Notes under the pieces: generated by a model
Seen by the model: only the letters and a program-made list of their open reading frames with translations
What the model was told of the DNA's origin: nothing
Database searches by the model: none
Part shown: positions 36,147 to 49,719 of the stretch, one piece after another
Layout of the letters: each line of letters opens with the position of its first letter
Numbering within the stretch: the stretch's first letter is position 1
DNA from: Lama glama
Taxonomy: Eukaryota
Assembly (NCBI GenBank): GCA_028534125.1
Contig: CM052817.1
Span: 6,326,001-6,390,000 of the forward strand
DNA length: 64,000 bases
Direction: 5' to 3'
Position numbers and translations under genes: made by a program

Positions 36147-39100
36147 GGTAATTTTATTTACATCGAAAATGATCTGGAAGGATGTGATCTGATAACAGAT
36201 CATCTGGGAAAATGAGATAATGAAAATTTCAATTTATTTTTGTGTCTCTGCATATTCTAATTTCTTCGCAATGGACATACATGGTTTTGAAACCGCAGGA
36301 CCAGTTAAATAGAGACACGAGAAGTGAATTGCCCCTCCTGGCAGGGCAGACAGTGAAACCCACTTGAGAAACCCAACTGGAGCTAAATTCCATCCTGTCA
36401 CCAATTCTTCCCTTCTCTCCTGGGTGCTAGTGACAATTGCCTTTTATGTCATTTCAGCCAGGCCTTATTTGTTCCTCTGTGGGGCCAATTCAGTCAAAAG
36501 CGTGCTGACCCCCAGAAAAGGCAACTCTGGGTCTGCCTCCTCAGGGAGATCTTCACATCGCAGCTATGAAATAGGGCCGTGCAAAACTCATAAATCCCCT
36601 GCCTTGTTAAATTAACCATCCTGCAGGGTGGCGAATACAATCCCCATTACCAGCTCATCCATCTCACGGAGCTGAAAGCAGCAGAATCGAAAGCAGGGAC
36701 GTGAATGGATCCCTCTCTGTGGCAGTGAACTCCCTGCTTCACGACCCAGCTGTGGCCTCACCCGTTGCTCTGCTCCTTTTAGGAGTTGGAATTCTTCCAC
36801 CTAGAGAGGCAATTTCCCCTAGCGGAGAAGTACGTGGGGCCTGGAGCAGGCAGACCCCGAAAGGAGCCCTGGCTACTCCCTGCCCTAGTTGGCGACCCTT
36901 CTGCAGCTGGATATACTTGGATCTTACTAACATGCAACTTCTGCATCTTCTAAAAGGGGTGATGGTCTGGACCTCCAAGTTTATGACAAGGATTAAGCAT
37001 ACAGGAAGCATTTGACTTAGAGGGCACATCAGAAGCACACACGGTGTCATCCCTTGTTAGTTATTAACCGTGTTTATTATTGCCATCCTTGTCTTATATG
37101 TTATCTCTCTGGGACGCTTTCTAGTAAATGTCACCTCCTACTCCCAGATTTTCTCCTCAGGGTGGCTTTTTCATGGGAAAACATTTTTTATTTATGTATG
37201 TAACTCAGCCATATGCCAAAAGGAACTTGAAGTAGCTTATACAATTTCATAACTTAGTACAAAAAACTCTTGTCAATGAGTAAAGGTGGTGAAAGATGAA
37301 TTCAGATAGGAAAATAGCCAACAGTCGATGACCAAAATGGTTAATTCCCACAGCTGAGCAACTGGTTGTTACTATCCAAATTCTGTACCTTTGCTAGGGG
37401 CATGCTGTACATTTGGTTCTGGATTTCTCAGTGGACCAAGAAAAGAGGGAATGATGGTAAGTTAAAAGCCTAGAAAGGGTGTGGATGTCTTTATTCTAGG
37501 ACTGAGATCTGAAGGGAATTCCTCTCCAGCACTGCAACAATGGAGACAGCTCAATAATATAGGGGGAAGAAAAAAAGCACACTTTTTAAAATGATGTTTT
37601 TGGTAAAGCACAAAATATATGCATAAATGCAATTACGGAGGGTCCAGACTCACACTACCGGGGAACACAGCTCCCAGGGTTCTGGCTGTGTCCTGCAGCG
37701 CGGGCTACAGCCCTGAGAGAAGCAGTGGACTCCTCACCCACAGGAAGAGAGCGGTGCTTTGAGTCAAAAGGGACCCAAAGCTCAAAAGTCCCTTCTCAGC
37801 CGTGTAATGGTTTTGTGACTCGACCCAGTCACTGAATAGTCCCTGAACATTTTGAGTTTCTCTTGCCTCATCCTCAACCTGGAGGGACAAGTCTCATCAC
37901 GTCATTGACCTTCTAGGACTAACGTGAAGAATCAATGCAATTTTTTTAAAGAAGTGTGGGATAGTTAACTGTTGTTCAGTCCATGGCAGATCCCTCTTTA
38001 CACTTCCTCACTCCAGCCAGTCACTAAAAAATATATATATAAAATAACAGTATAAAAATAAGCAGGAAACCACTTCAGTCTTGCATAATGCCAAGTGAAA
38101 CCGTGAAGGTAAAAATGCTCCTCTGCAGTAAGACTGAAACCAGTTATTTAAGGCAGTATTCTCACGGTCTAGACCCTTCCTCTATCATTCTTAACCCCAT
38201 CAACACCTCTGTTTCCTTCTCTGGGCAAATAATAATAGTTCACATGTGCTTTTTATTGCAAGAATATAGGTCAGAGCTGGTGGCAGGGAGGGAGCTTGTG
38301 CTTGCTGCTCTCATTACTCATGGCCTCATGATCCACCAAGGTTCTGACACACAGAGAGGACCCTCTGCATCCTTAGAAAGCCCACAAGTGGAGGGCCAAG
38401 AAACATCTCACGCCCTTTTTTAATAAAGATTAAAAAAATAAAACTTCCCCACTATGCAGAATTTAGTTGCTGCTGGAAATAAAAGGGACCACCTTGTGGA
38501 GACCTGTCTTGTAATTTTAGGGAGTGCAAAATTAAGCAGATTTCTGAAAGGACATGCAGAGTAGTAGCTACGTTGCAACGGGAAATGATGCAGGGTCGAA
38601 AATAATGGAATGAAATGCACACCGTCAGCAAATGTGTGAATAAATTATTCAGCTCCAAGGAATCACACTGCTCTACAGATCACAGTGACATTTTGGTGAT
38701 TTTGCAGAGGATTTGGTGCATATACTCAAGAGAAACCTTCCTGTACTATCGCTGTTTGCCGAGTGACTTCTTTATTCCAACTTGAGAAGCTAGATAGGTC
38801 ACTGTGGTTTTGTCAGCAAGCATGGAGGCAGCATAATCTCATCCCAGCTCTATGATAAGATCCTATGGCCTATCCCTGCCACCAGCACAGACCTCTTTCT
38901 AGACTCAGCATTTTTCATCAGGGAACAGTGCTGAGTACACATTTTTGCCTCGTTCAACCCACCTCCACTGAGTACCAGTAATGTCCTAGACACTGTTGTG
39001 GGTCTAGGGGATACAGATGTTACTAAGGCTCATCTCTGCTTATGAGGGTTGTAACTTCCAGCGGGGGAGGCCTCAGAGCAGATCAGTTCAATCCACAGCC

Positions 39101-39589
39101 CATCCGATTGCTTGAACTCCCTGGTTTTTTTCGGGGACTCGTGGCTGAGCAGATGGTTATGTGGCACACACTTCTAATTTTCTTTCATATTTCCTTTCTG
39201 GAGTAGAAGCCACATGAGAGCAGGGAGTTTGCATGTTTCCAAAGCATCCCATGTAGAGGTGACTCAATATCTGTTTAATGAACTCCTGTGCCAACCTCAG
39301 TAAGCACTTCTCTTAACAATATTATGTTACAGGAATTGTTCTGAGCCTCAGAAAGGACAACGACTACACATGTAATAAAAGGTGGATCTGAAATTCAAAC
39401 CAGGTCTGTTGGACTCCTTGTGTCAGGGCTGTTGCAAGCTGTTCTTAAGAGGAAACATTGCTAAGACTTGCAACAGGAACTTCAGACTGAGCAGTGAGCA
39501 AAGTATGTTTCCCCTAGTAACCCCTATACCCAAGAGAATGGCACCACTTTCGCCAAATCAACTAAGTCGGGGAGCTGGAAATGAGCTTT

Positions 39590-40090
39590 AACTCCTTTGG
39601 TCTCCCCTTAGCCCCACGTATCCACCCCATCCTGCTGACCCTGTACCTGTATATCTCTTCCACTTGATCTCCCTGTTCTGTTCCCACCCATGTGGTCCAA
39701 GCTGTCATCACTTCATCTGGACCATTGCAAATAACTTCCAGACTTTTCTCTCCCTTTCCAATCTCCTCCCCAGCCCCCAAAAGCCATCCCCCAAGTCCTG
39801 TATATTATACGTGTATTTAAAAGCACAAATCTCATCCTGTCCCTCCCTGTCTGAGCCCCACTCATGCCTTGTAATTCTCGGGACAAAGTGCAGTCTCACC
39901 TGGAAAACATGGTCCTGGTGCTACAACCCCTGCTGCTTCCTTCTGACCCCTTCCAGGCTTCATCCCTTCACATGTGTGTCCATATTAGAGTCACTTGGAC
40001 TTGCTTCCAGTTCCCAACCATATCAGAATGGCCCTTACTGCCGAGCTTTTTCTTAACACTCTCTCCACTTGAAATGCTTTTCTGCATCTG
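39590..40090 (+). mobile_element. L2 LINE fragment
   Basis: GGTCCAAGCTGTCATCACTTCATCTGGACCATTGCAAATAACTTCC...AAAGCACAAATCTCATCCTGTCCCTCCCTG is typical of L2. Confidence 0.6.
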
Positions 40091-40109
40091 ACCATCTGGA
40101 GAGCACCAA

Positions 40110-40335
40110 ATGGCTTGGTTAATCATGCAGACCAAGGGCCAGTCAGCCTGAGTTCCCCAGCTCCACCACCAACTGATTGTATGACCTCGGGCATGTTACC
40201 TTTTGTGGCTCAGTTTCTCTATCTAAGAAAATGAGATAATAAAGATTTCTGCCTCAGGGGATTGTGAGGACTTACGGACTTAATATGCATAAAGCACTTA
40301 GAGAAGAGACTGGCCCAGAGTAGGCACCCTGTCAG
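40110..40335 (+). mobile_element. MIR SINE
   Basis: TGTATGACCTCGGGCATGTTACC...CTCAGTTTCTCTATCTAAGAAAATGAGATAATAA...GCATAAAGCACTTAGAG. Confidence 0.75.
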
Positions 40336-40465
40336 TAGTGCTCGGATGATGGTCCCTGGATTATCAGCGGCAGATCCCTGAGAACTTGTTAGAAATGCAA
40401 ATTCTCTGGCCCCATACCTTACAAAATCAGAAACTGTGGGGATGGGGTCCAGCAGCTGTGTGTGT
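40333..40465. mobile_element. MER5A-like hAT-Charlie fragment
   Basis: GAACTTGTTAGAAATGCAAATTCTCTGGCCCC...AATCAGAAACTGTGGGGATGGGGTCCAGCA. Confidence 0.75.
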
Positions 40466-40516
40466 CTCCTCCTGTTTACTCATCTGGGAAATTTTTGCTC
40501 AAACCATTGATTTGTT

Positions 40517-40663
40517 TGCAGCCTTATGAGACCCAGAAGGAGAGGACCTAGCTAAGCCATGCCTAGATTCCCATCCCATAAAAACTGTGAGAGAATAAAT
40601 GTGTGCTGTTTTAAGCCTCTCCATATTGGAGCAGTTTGTTACACAGCAATAGGTATTGAATAC
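40517..40663 (+). mobile_element. MLT1 LTR 3' fragment (MLT1E-like)
   Basis: AGCTAAGCCATGCCTAGATTCC...AATAAATGTGTGCTGTTTTAAGCC...TTTGTTACACAGCAATAG...AATACA. Confidence 0.75.
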
Positions 40664-43089
40664 ATAACACATGGCCAAGAGTGAGCCATGATGGAGCGCT
40701 TTGTTTGTGGTCTCAACATAGTAGTTCTAAACCTTTGTGGGGAAGCAGAGTGCTGTCAAATGCTAGACTTTTTGTTGCTGGATGTGAAGATACTAAAATA
40801 CTCAAAAGTTATCAGTAATTGTAGAACCACCTCTAGGAGTGAGCACCTGACTCTTGGTTACTTCACTTTATCACAGGCATCAGGCTGTTGTTGGGAAAAA
40901 CAAAAACAACAAGCAAAAAGACCTTGGCAGTGCCCCCACTCAGTTCTCTTACACTTGTTAGTTGAAATCCTTGCACTTTCCACTGCCAACTACACATTAT
41001 GCTTTACTTTTTACTCCTTACCAAAAGCACATTGGACTTCATGCTTCTCTGTGTTATTTAACCAGCTTAGCTCTGTGTGTTACCAGGTAGGCATCATCCT
41101 AATAGTATTATACTCAATTTTAACTACACTTAATTTTGCACATGGATGCACACTGACTGGCATACCTATGAAAGTTTTATATTATGCCAGATGAGAGTGA
41201 CTGTCCCAGATCCCCCCCACTGATATAGTGGAAGCCCTCCATGCATTGCCTTTGGCCAACTGAGGTATCCCAAGATCCATCTACCTAAAGCAGTAGCAGA
41301 CAGAACCTTCTCACAAGCTCTAGGAGGGCGCAAGCTGGCTTCTAGAGTCCCACACTTTTCTGTGACTCTTCTCAGTTCCACAAAGACTTCCTAAGGTCCC
41401 TGGGTATATTTACACGCTCAGGCTGCTTCTGCTTCTAATGAAAGTATTAAAGGCTCACTCTCTGGTTTCCTCTTGGGCCATTATCTCATATATCTATTCG
41501 ACAGTCCTCATCTCTTAACTCAATTCATAATCACATGCTAGTGTGACTTGCAATGAGATTTCTTGAGGCTTCATTTAAAATGAGGAGCCCTGATTATTTT
41601 TTAATTATTCCTTATCATCATCATCATCATTATCATTATGCACATTATTTACTAAAGGTCTTTTATTGGTCAGTGACTCTGTAGAGTTTTTTTCCTAAGT
41701 AATAATTATCCCATAATTATTCTGTTTTAACAAATGAGGTGACTGAGATTCAGAATGGTTCTGACTTGCTCAAGAGCACATCACTAACTAGAGATGAAGC
41801 TAAGGCTCAGATCTGACCCTCTGCTCAGTGCTCTTTTTGTTCCAAGGTTAGCAAAAGGGAAGGGAATGTATCCTTGTGCATGGTTAAAAACATTATAAAA
41901 CTCACTTCTGATTATTTTACCTTTTGAAAAATCCTCACTATCTATTTTTTCTAAATTTTCCAAGACATGTTCTCTCTGCTAATGGTTTGGTTCTTCCCAC
42001 TGATTCTTTCCAAAATGGTATCTGACAACTGCAGAGTGCTTCATCCCAGCTGCAGACGTGGCACTTCTTCCGAGAGAAGTGGCCGTTGAAGGGCTCCCAG
42101 GCAGATAAAATAGTCTTCCCAGAACAAGGATTCTGCTGAACCAAAGGAAACCAAGAAAATGGAAGCATCCTATAATTAACGCTGTTAGTTGACTTGGCAC
42201 GTTGTCTCATTGGAAGCTACCATGAAATATAAATGAGAACCATTTTCGTCATGAGAAGTCCTGACATATGAGCTCATCCTTAGCAGCTCCTAAAACATCA
42301 CTCAGTGCGCTCACTGGGTATCAGTGAGACCTGAAGGCTCATGTTCCTTTTCGTTTCCCATCTGAGGTCAGGTGTTCCCCTTGCACTTCGCATGTATTCT
42401 CATCTTTGGGATCTACCAGTGTCTTGGAGCTGATGGCTTGTCTGCCCCGCACTGTGGCCCCTGGGAGCTCTTAAGGACAGAAATCACGTTCTGTACTTCT
42501 CTAAACTCTCATCGGTGCCTAGCACACAGCAGTCACTCCAGAAATACTTCTTTAAAAATGCTTAAGTAAACAGTAAATAGCCATTTAGAATGGAAATTTT
42601 CCTTAAATGAAACAGATTTAAAATTACAATAATTAGCGTGTATAGTGTGTATTTTCAGACACGATTCTTGTAACTCTATGTCACTTAGTGCTCACCACAG
42701 CCTCTGACATAGGCACTGCACATGCAAAATTCAGAGAACTCGTATTTCTTGCCCAAGGTCGTGAGGACAGTTAGTGTCCAAGTTGGCTTTGGAAGCCAGA
42801 ACCTGAACTCTTTGCTTCCACGATGATGGTGCAATGATTTCTCATTTCCAAGATAACCAGGATATGGGCAGGTGAAGAGGTGGCCCAAAATTCTAAGAAT
42901 TCAAACTATTTGTCCTTGGTTCTTTCAAGTGCATCATACCATTTCATCATGCTAATGAAGTCTGGCTAGCGAAAGACAGAGACTGGATGGGAGCTCAGAT
43001 TTTCTGCATCTAAGTCCATCACCTTTTCCAAAATAAGGTCCATCAAGTTATGGTCAAACTGAGGAAAGACAGGAAATAAATAAGGGGAA

Positions 43090-43320
43090 TAAATATTTAT
43101 TTACTATCACACTGAGAATCTGAAACTCCAATGACATTTTTTCTTTTCATTAAGCTCTCATAATTCTGCCAAATGCATTTTATCCTCTTTAATCTAGGCC
43201 AAGGTTGAGGTTCAGAGAAGTTAGGGAATAGGTTTAAGGCCACACAGACAGGAAGTGGCAGAGCAGGAATTCAATGCAAGTTTGGGACTCTAAAATCCAG
43301 ACTCTTCATAACATCACGCT
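43090..43320 (-). mobile_element. MIR SINE
   Basis: TGAGGTTCAGAGAAGTTAGG...AAGGCCACACAGACAGGAAGTGGCAGAGCAGGAATTCAA...GACTCTAAAATCC. Confidence 0.65.
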
Positions 43321-44969
43321 TTTTTCAAAACGCAGCTTAAAATTGGCTTTTTATGTGTATATTTGAGAGAAGAAGATCTACTGCAACCAAGCCAGAAACA
43401 AAAGGTAAAAATAAACCCTTAGTGAGTCTATTTGACTCATGTTACAGGGTGAGTCACCACAAAAGATAAAGGCAGAAGCAGGAAGAGAAACTGGTCTGTG
43501 CCCCTGACTTTCCCTCCACCCTTGTGGAATTCCCCCTTTGGAGCTGAGGGGTTTGCAAGTCATACAATCACTGGGAGGGCACCTGTCTCTGAAAGTGTTT
43601 CTTTCTTTCCTTTTTACTTTCTATAAGCTCCAGTTACATGGTCCAGTTATTTCAAGTTGTCTGATGGCTTTGGGACCAAAATAGGCTCTCCTGAAAGACA
43701 CAGCGAGAACAGCAGCTAACTGGGATGCTCTGCAGACAGTGAAATTCTGATATGCCTCCGGGTCTGAGTGTCACCTTCAACGTTCCTATTCTTGATTAGA
43801 GTTCGAAGTACAGATGCCTTCCTTGTTCTGAGACTTGCATATGATGCCTTTATTAGGAATAACACACACAGTAAATAGCATTTATCAATTTGATTTGAGG
43901 AAGATATCCCTTCTGTCGTGCACTGAATATATGCCCTTGTTCAGCTGATTCAACCTCTCTGTGCCTCAGTGCTTCACCTGTGAACTGGGATCAATAATGG
44001 GAAGTCAGAGGAGTGGCTCTGGGCGGCGATGAGTTAATAGCCAGCACAGCACGTGGTACAGAGCTGGCAGCCAATCAGTGACGCTCCACTGCATGCTGTA
44101 TTATCTTATGGATGAGTCCCAGCTGTAGCTCCAGTAAATCCTAGAAAACGCTTCTTAGTGGTGACTTTCATAAAAGAACGCACAAATTACAGACGCCATC
44201 TCCTATTTGCCGGTTTGTTCAGGTTTGCCATATTTGGTGAAGATGAATTATTGAGCAGCTGAAGTTAATGAAGATGAAACTCCCAAATTTAACTGGGTCA
44301 TGATATTTAAAACAAAGAAAGGTGGACTCTGTCCTTGCACTATGATTTTAGATTCCATGGAAGTAGTAATGACAGTAGTGATCATATTATTGGCAATAGT
44401 AATAATAATAATATAATATAATATAAAATAATAATGGTGATGATAGCAATAGAAGGGAAAATATGCATTATAGGAAATATATCATATGTTAAGCACTGTT
44501 TTAACCATTTATATACACTAATTTCAAAATAATCTTAAAAAGTGGATATTTTAAGCATTAGCTGATGGCAATTGTGAGTTTTTCTCAAAGGATCTTTGAA
44601 ATAAGAAAGAAGTAAGTTAAGCCAAAACAATAGCAGAAAATAGTCATTTTTAAATTGAATAGAATAGACAGTAGATATGTTAGCAATATAATAATGACAG
44701 TAATAACCATCACTGCAAGGAGCATGCACTGAGCATGTAGCACTTGGCACTGGGTTAAGTGATTTACGTAAATTGTCCTACTTAAAACTTATGGTTGGAA
44801 CATTTCAGTTACACAGAAGTTATACCTGATTATACTCTGAAAAGGAGGCACAAAATGTAGGATCCCATGAATTTTAGGCAGCAGGGAAGTACTCTGGGCT
44901 GTAGGAATAGAAAGGCGATTTTTCTTTGTGCTCACCAAGCAGCAACAGGGTAATGAGCTCAGCCTCCCT

Positions 44970-45440
44970 ATGCCCCTAATTTGAGCTTCCCTCAAAATAG
45001 AGCCTGAGACGAGGATTTGGTGAAGATTGTATTTTTGGGAAATGACTCCACAATTTAGGAGTGAGGAAGTGCTGAGAGTGAGATAATGGAAGTGAAAAAG
45101 TGAATGGAGGGCTCATTGTCGAGCTGGGTACCAGGCTCAGAGCTGGGCTTCAGCTGTACTGTGGGTCACATCAAATACTCTCAGAATTGTCTCTCCAAGG
45201 GTAGGAGTCTGCATCACTTATCTATCAGCTCATATGCTCCATTGGTTGAGGGCTTCCACGAGAGCAATGCCTTTCTGTACTTCTAGTTTTTCCTGCATGT
45301 GGGTTCGGATGGCATCAGAGAAGCCCGGGGCAGGAAAGGAAGAGATGTTGAGGTGAGACATGGTCCACTTACGTGGAGCATCCTAGGGCTGCACGGAATC
45401 AGAAGAAATGGGACACAGAGAGCCATGAGTGTCTGCTACC
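44970..45440 (-). mobile_element. LTR16-family (ERVL) LTR, probably the 3' LTR
   Basis: AGAGCCTGAGACGAGGATTTGG...TATTTTTGGGAAATGA...CTCAGAATTGTC...CCATTGGTTGAGGGCT...GTGTCTGCTAC matches the reverse complement of LTR16. Confidence 0.7.
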
Positions 45441-47000
45441 TCCTACATGCTCAGTTCTAATCATGCCCTCATGAAGTCCATTCTGTCACTGACTCTTCAA
45501 GGTGGTTGCCAGAAGTAATCTCTAAGAACAATCACTAAGAACAGTCATGAGGGCTAGTGGGACAAGCAACGGTGCCACACCATTGCAGGGCTCCTGCGGC
45601 TGTGACTGAGAGTCTCCATCTCCTTCTTCCAACGTCCAACTTATATTTTTCTCACCCTCAACCAGCATTTCAGATAGTCTACAGTATTTGCATGTTGAAG
45701 TGATATAGACCATCATCCCCCTCAGATCTTGCCCATTTTGGGCAAGTTTGCTGCAATGGACTGATCTCTGTTACAAGCAAGCATAGGAGCACCAAAATGT
45801 GACTGTGAATTCTGAGTGGATCTCTTTGCTTTCATCATTATAACAGCAACCCTACTTCCCCATGAAGATATAGAGTCAGTTACCCAAACCAGTGTGATAA
45901 TCCTTTTTTCTGATTGTATACTGGCGTGACAGTTCCAAAGGGAGCCGATGGCAGTCACAGCTGCAGGTCTGGGAACACGCTTACTGGGTTCCCCAGCTAT
46001 TAGAGGAAGCACGGTGTCATTGGGGGTAATGAAAGGGGCCAGTTTTACTTCCATCCATAGATCCTGTACCTGTGAATCCTGTTCATTGAGAAAAAATATC
46101 ATATATCAGTCATTGTTTCCAAGCATGGGTCTTATCCTGAAGGATAGCATTCCAGCATGCAAAATGTTTGTTCTCAAATGCTACTTTAGCTTAGGTTTTT
46201 ATTGATCTTTCCAACATTCTATTAGTCTGTTGCTTCTAAGTGATGAAGATTGTGGTAGGATCAGTGGATCCCTTTTATGTGTTTCTATTGTACATTTTTT
46301 CTCAATAAAATGTTCTAAGACAATGCAATGCAGGATCTCATGGTTATTAATCATGTGCTCTCTACATCCTTGAAACTTGCTTCTGGCAGAGACACTAAAG
46401 TTGGGGAAGGCAAATACTTATCCATGTACTGTTCCATTTAAGACATTGCTGTTCTACCAACTATTGGTCCCAACATAACCAAGCTACCAAGTGTCAGGCT
46501 GGACTCCTTAAGGCTTAGGTACATACTGAGGATTTAGGGCTCATTTCTGCCACTATAAGTCTGGGCATACAGCAGCAGAAGAGACTGTAATAAGTTTGGG
46601 TAAGACTCCATCCTACTGGGCTCAAGGCATAGCTTGCATCCCTGCCACCATGGCTGTGCCACACTTGGGCCCATTATCCAATTGGTGGGTGGCTGAGGAC
46701 ACAGGGGCTGGAGGGGCTTGTTGCCACGCCCTGGATGAATCCTTTAGCTTGTCTGGTTATTCAGTGATTCTTCTGATGTGTCTATTTTCTGGTGGGCATT
46801 GACATGAGACACAAAAATTCATACCCTTTGGCTCTACATCTGAGTGTCCATCTACATGTGTCTTCCCCAGAACCCTTTGCCTCTGATTTTAAATTTTTCT
46901 CCTTCCTGGCTCCTCCCTGCTAGCCAAGCTATTTGTCACTATTCAGGAGTTCATTTTAAATTGTGTAGCTGAACCATTTCTCTTTCCATATACATTTGTG
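45441..47000 (-). mobile_element. ERVL internal remnant (ERV3-16A3-like pol: RNase H, integrase N-terminus and 3' region)
   Basis: Minus-strand translation of 46890-46744 gives KIRGKGFWGRHM*MDTQM*SQRV*IFVSHVNAHQKIDTSEESLNNQ, against ERVL RNase H KIGDKEVWGRGMWMDLWEWAQ..KIFVSHVNAHQ...EE.LNNQ. Downstream SHGGRDASYA*AQ matches the integrase zinc-finger start GHGGRDGGYAWAQ. Confidence 0.85.
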
Positions 47001-47254
47001 AAATTTCACTCTCTGAGTCTGCCTCCTTAGGACTGAAACTACATCCCCAAACCACAACAAATTCACCGTGCCATCTTGAGAGGCTTCACAGTGACCACAG
47101 CTCTCATTTTCCTTGCTCATTCTCAGCATCTAGTAAAATGCACTGTGTCTTCTTTTTTTCCCCCTAGTTTTTAACAATGACTATGTCAAGAAACATTTAT
47201 TTGTTTTTGTTTCCACTTTTACCATGAGGCAACAAAGTCTCATTCTTATTTGGG

Positions 47255-47701
47255 GGTGAATTTGTCACTGGGGATTGTATTTGTAGGAGGCGATTTCCCA
47301 TCTCTTGCTGTGGAAGCTGAGATAAAGTAAGGCTCCTATAATTTACCTAAAGCAACACGGTTCAGTCTCCACCAAGCAGATGGTTCTACCAGATTTAAAT
47401 ATTGTGTTATTAGGGCAATGAGGGATTGATTATGGAGAAATTACCTGATTCATAGACTAGTCACGGTGTTCCATAGCAACTGAGGTCATGGCACAAATGC
47501 AAAGTCATAATCAGACAGTCCTGTAAGCATGACTTTGACTCAGGTTACTGCTGCTAGACCCTTTGGGTTTTGGCCATTCTTCACGTCTTGTTCTCTCCTG
47601 ATCCAATGAGTGATTATATATCTTTATAATAAGTTCCTTTTCTCCCTACATTAGAGCTATTCTTTTTTTGTTATTCACTACCAAAACCCTGACTAAAACG
47701 G
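47255..47701 (+). mobile_element. Old ERVL-type LTR (LTR33-like)
   Basis: The 3' end ATAATAAGTTCCTTTTCT...TTGTTATTCACTACCAAAACCCTGACTAAAAC resembles the LTR33 terminus. Confidence 0.5.
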
Positions 47702-47945
47702 TGTCCAACCCAATTTTATTCAGATACACATGATTCCATCAAATTGAGGGAAAAGGTAGATATAAATGAGTTATGGCAGCTGTCACAATGTAGTAGAAAT
47801 AAAAGACTGGACTCTGAGTCAGGAGATGTTAATAATGATAAGGAAAATACGTATTTATAATAATGACTTCTACTAGCATATGGCTCTATAATTCTTAATT
47901 CTTTCAATTCTACTATCCTAGATCTTGCTCTGTATTTTGCTAATT

Positions 47946-48153
47946 ATGTGGCATGCTGGCAAATGTTTAACAACTAGCATTCCAGAAAAGAAAAAGCCCT
48001 GAATTGTAGCATTTTGCCAGTGTCTACAGTGTAAATACTCCCATGATAGCCAAGTTCAATCTATCAATCTGACATCACTGACAGTGTGGCTAGGAATAGA
48101 TGCCCACATTTGGCTCTTATAAACTGATAAAAGTGGACCCCAGGACACCCCTA
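47946..48153 (-). mobile_element. MER63A-like hAT-Blackjack element
   Basis: GTGGCATGCTGGCAAATGTTTAACAACT...AAAAGCCCTGAATTGTAGCATTTTGCC...GTGTAAATACTCCCA...CCAGGACACC. Confidence 0.75.
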
Positions 48154-49680
48154 CCTATGCCTTTGATGAAGTAAATTAATTTCTTCACATTCAGCTTCGA
48201 CTCCTTCAAAACCAAGAATTAATAGGTGATCTCTAGGCTCGAACCCCAGAGTGAAATGATATAATTTTAATTGTGAGTGGACGGTTGTGCAAAAGATGAA
48301 TTAAGCACAGCGCCATCCTTTTGATCAAAATATTTGGTAAGATTTGTGGACTCACTGTAAATAGAATCAGCTGTAAATATTTTTGAATGGGTGTATCATG
48401 ACAAGAAATGTACTGTGATTAAATTTCCATTTTTAAACAGAAAACATGAAATATGTTTCTACTTCAGAAATCCCATTGCCAACTTGTTGGAAATTTGTGG
48501 AAACAGTATTTTCAGTTGACAACGTGCATCAGCGTGGCGGGCAAGATACCAGGAAAGAAGGCCGAGACTTGGAGATGTTACACAAAGTGAAAAACTAGAA
48601 ATGCTAGCTAAAAACCTTATGTTTAACTCAGCCGATATCAGATGGTTTGCCTCACACTCTGGCAAATATTTGAATAAGTTGAGAGATTATCTAGACGAAC
48701 CAAAATAAGTCCATTTAAATGTTTGAATTGTACACCCACTTCCTAATAAAATAATGTGTGGCAACCTCCCTAACTATGTACTTTCCATCTTTCTTGCTAT
48801 GAGAACTCTGTTATTGACAACTTCAGGCAGCCCAATTCCTGGGAGAGGTGGGAAAAGAAAGTTTCATAAGCCCAAAATTGAGGAGAAGTCCTCCTTCTCA
48901 GTAAAAGTAAATTATGTGGCAAAAATAGTAAAGAACCCATTAAAGTTTACTTGGCTAGTTTTCTTATATGCACCTGATGTGGCACAATAATCACCAGACA
49001 GTGGATTGTGATAACTTTAAAATGTATGCTATAAAGTCTTAAATAATAATTTAAATAACACAGACGTGCAGGTGATAAACCCACAATGAATATAAGTGGA
49101 GTTATAAATGCATTCAGTTAGTCCAAAAGAAATCAGAAAAAGGAGACAGAGTACAACTCACACAAATAGAAAACAAATAGCAGGATGACAGACTGAAATC
49201 TGAACATATCAATAATCCTATTAAATGTAAGTCGTCTAAAGATCCCAATGAAAAGGCAGAGGTTGTCATTTTGGGGCAGAGGGATGCAGAGCCCAACCAT
49301 AGCCTCCTACAAAAAAATGCACTTGAAATATGAAAACACAAATAAATTAAAAGCAGAAGGGTAGAAGAAGGTATGTCAAGCAAACACTAACCAAAAAAAG
49401 CTAGAAGGCTAAATTAATATCGAAGTGGATTTCAGAGTAAAGATAATGATAAAAAGGTTAATTTGTCAAGAAGAAATAATAATATTGAATATTTATTCGC
49501 CATAGAACAGAATTTCATAATACATGAGGCAAAAATTGATAGAACCGTAAGAGAAATAGAGAAATCTAAAATTTTAGTCATAAAAATCAAAACTGCTTTT
49601 TCAACAAGTAAATAGACAGCAAGGATATATAAGATTTGAATACTATTGAATGACTCAATCTAATTGACATTTATAGAATG

Positions 49681-49682
49681 CA

Positions 49683-49718
<36 letters not shown>
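49681..49718. repeat. (CA)n microsatellite inside L1
   Basis: Directly visible. Confidence 0.95.

Positions 49719-49719
<1 letters not shown>

Noticed and set aside
45722..46205. 126-aa and 85-aa ORFs as a possible domesticated retroviral gene
   Set aside because: They lie in the degraded ERVL internal region, with frameshifts and stops in the homologous frames.
46600..46890. Three Trp codons mutated to stops in the ERVL pol fossil, suggesting APOBEC3 G-to-A hypermutation
   Set aside because: A transition at either G of TGG creates a stop, and the element is old and highly diverged. Neutral decay is sufficient without a consensus-based strand-bias test.
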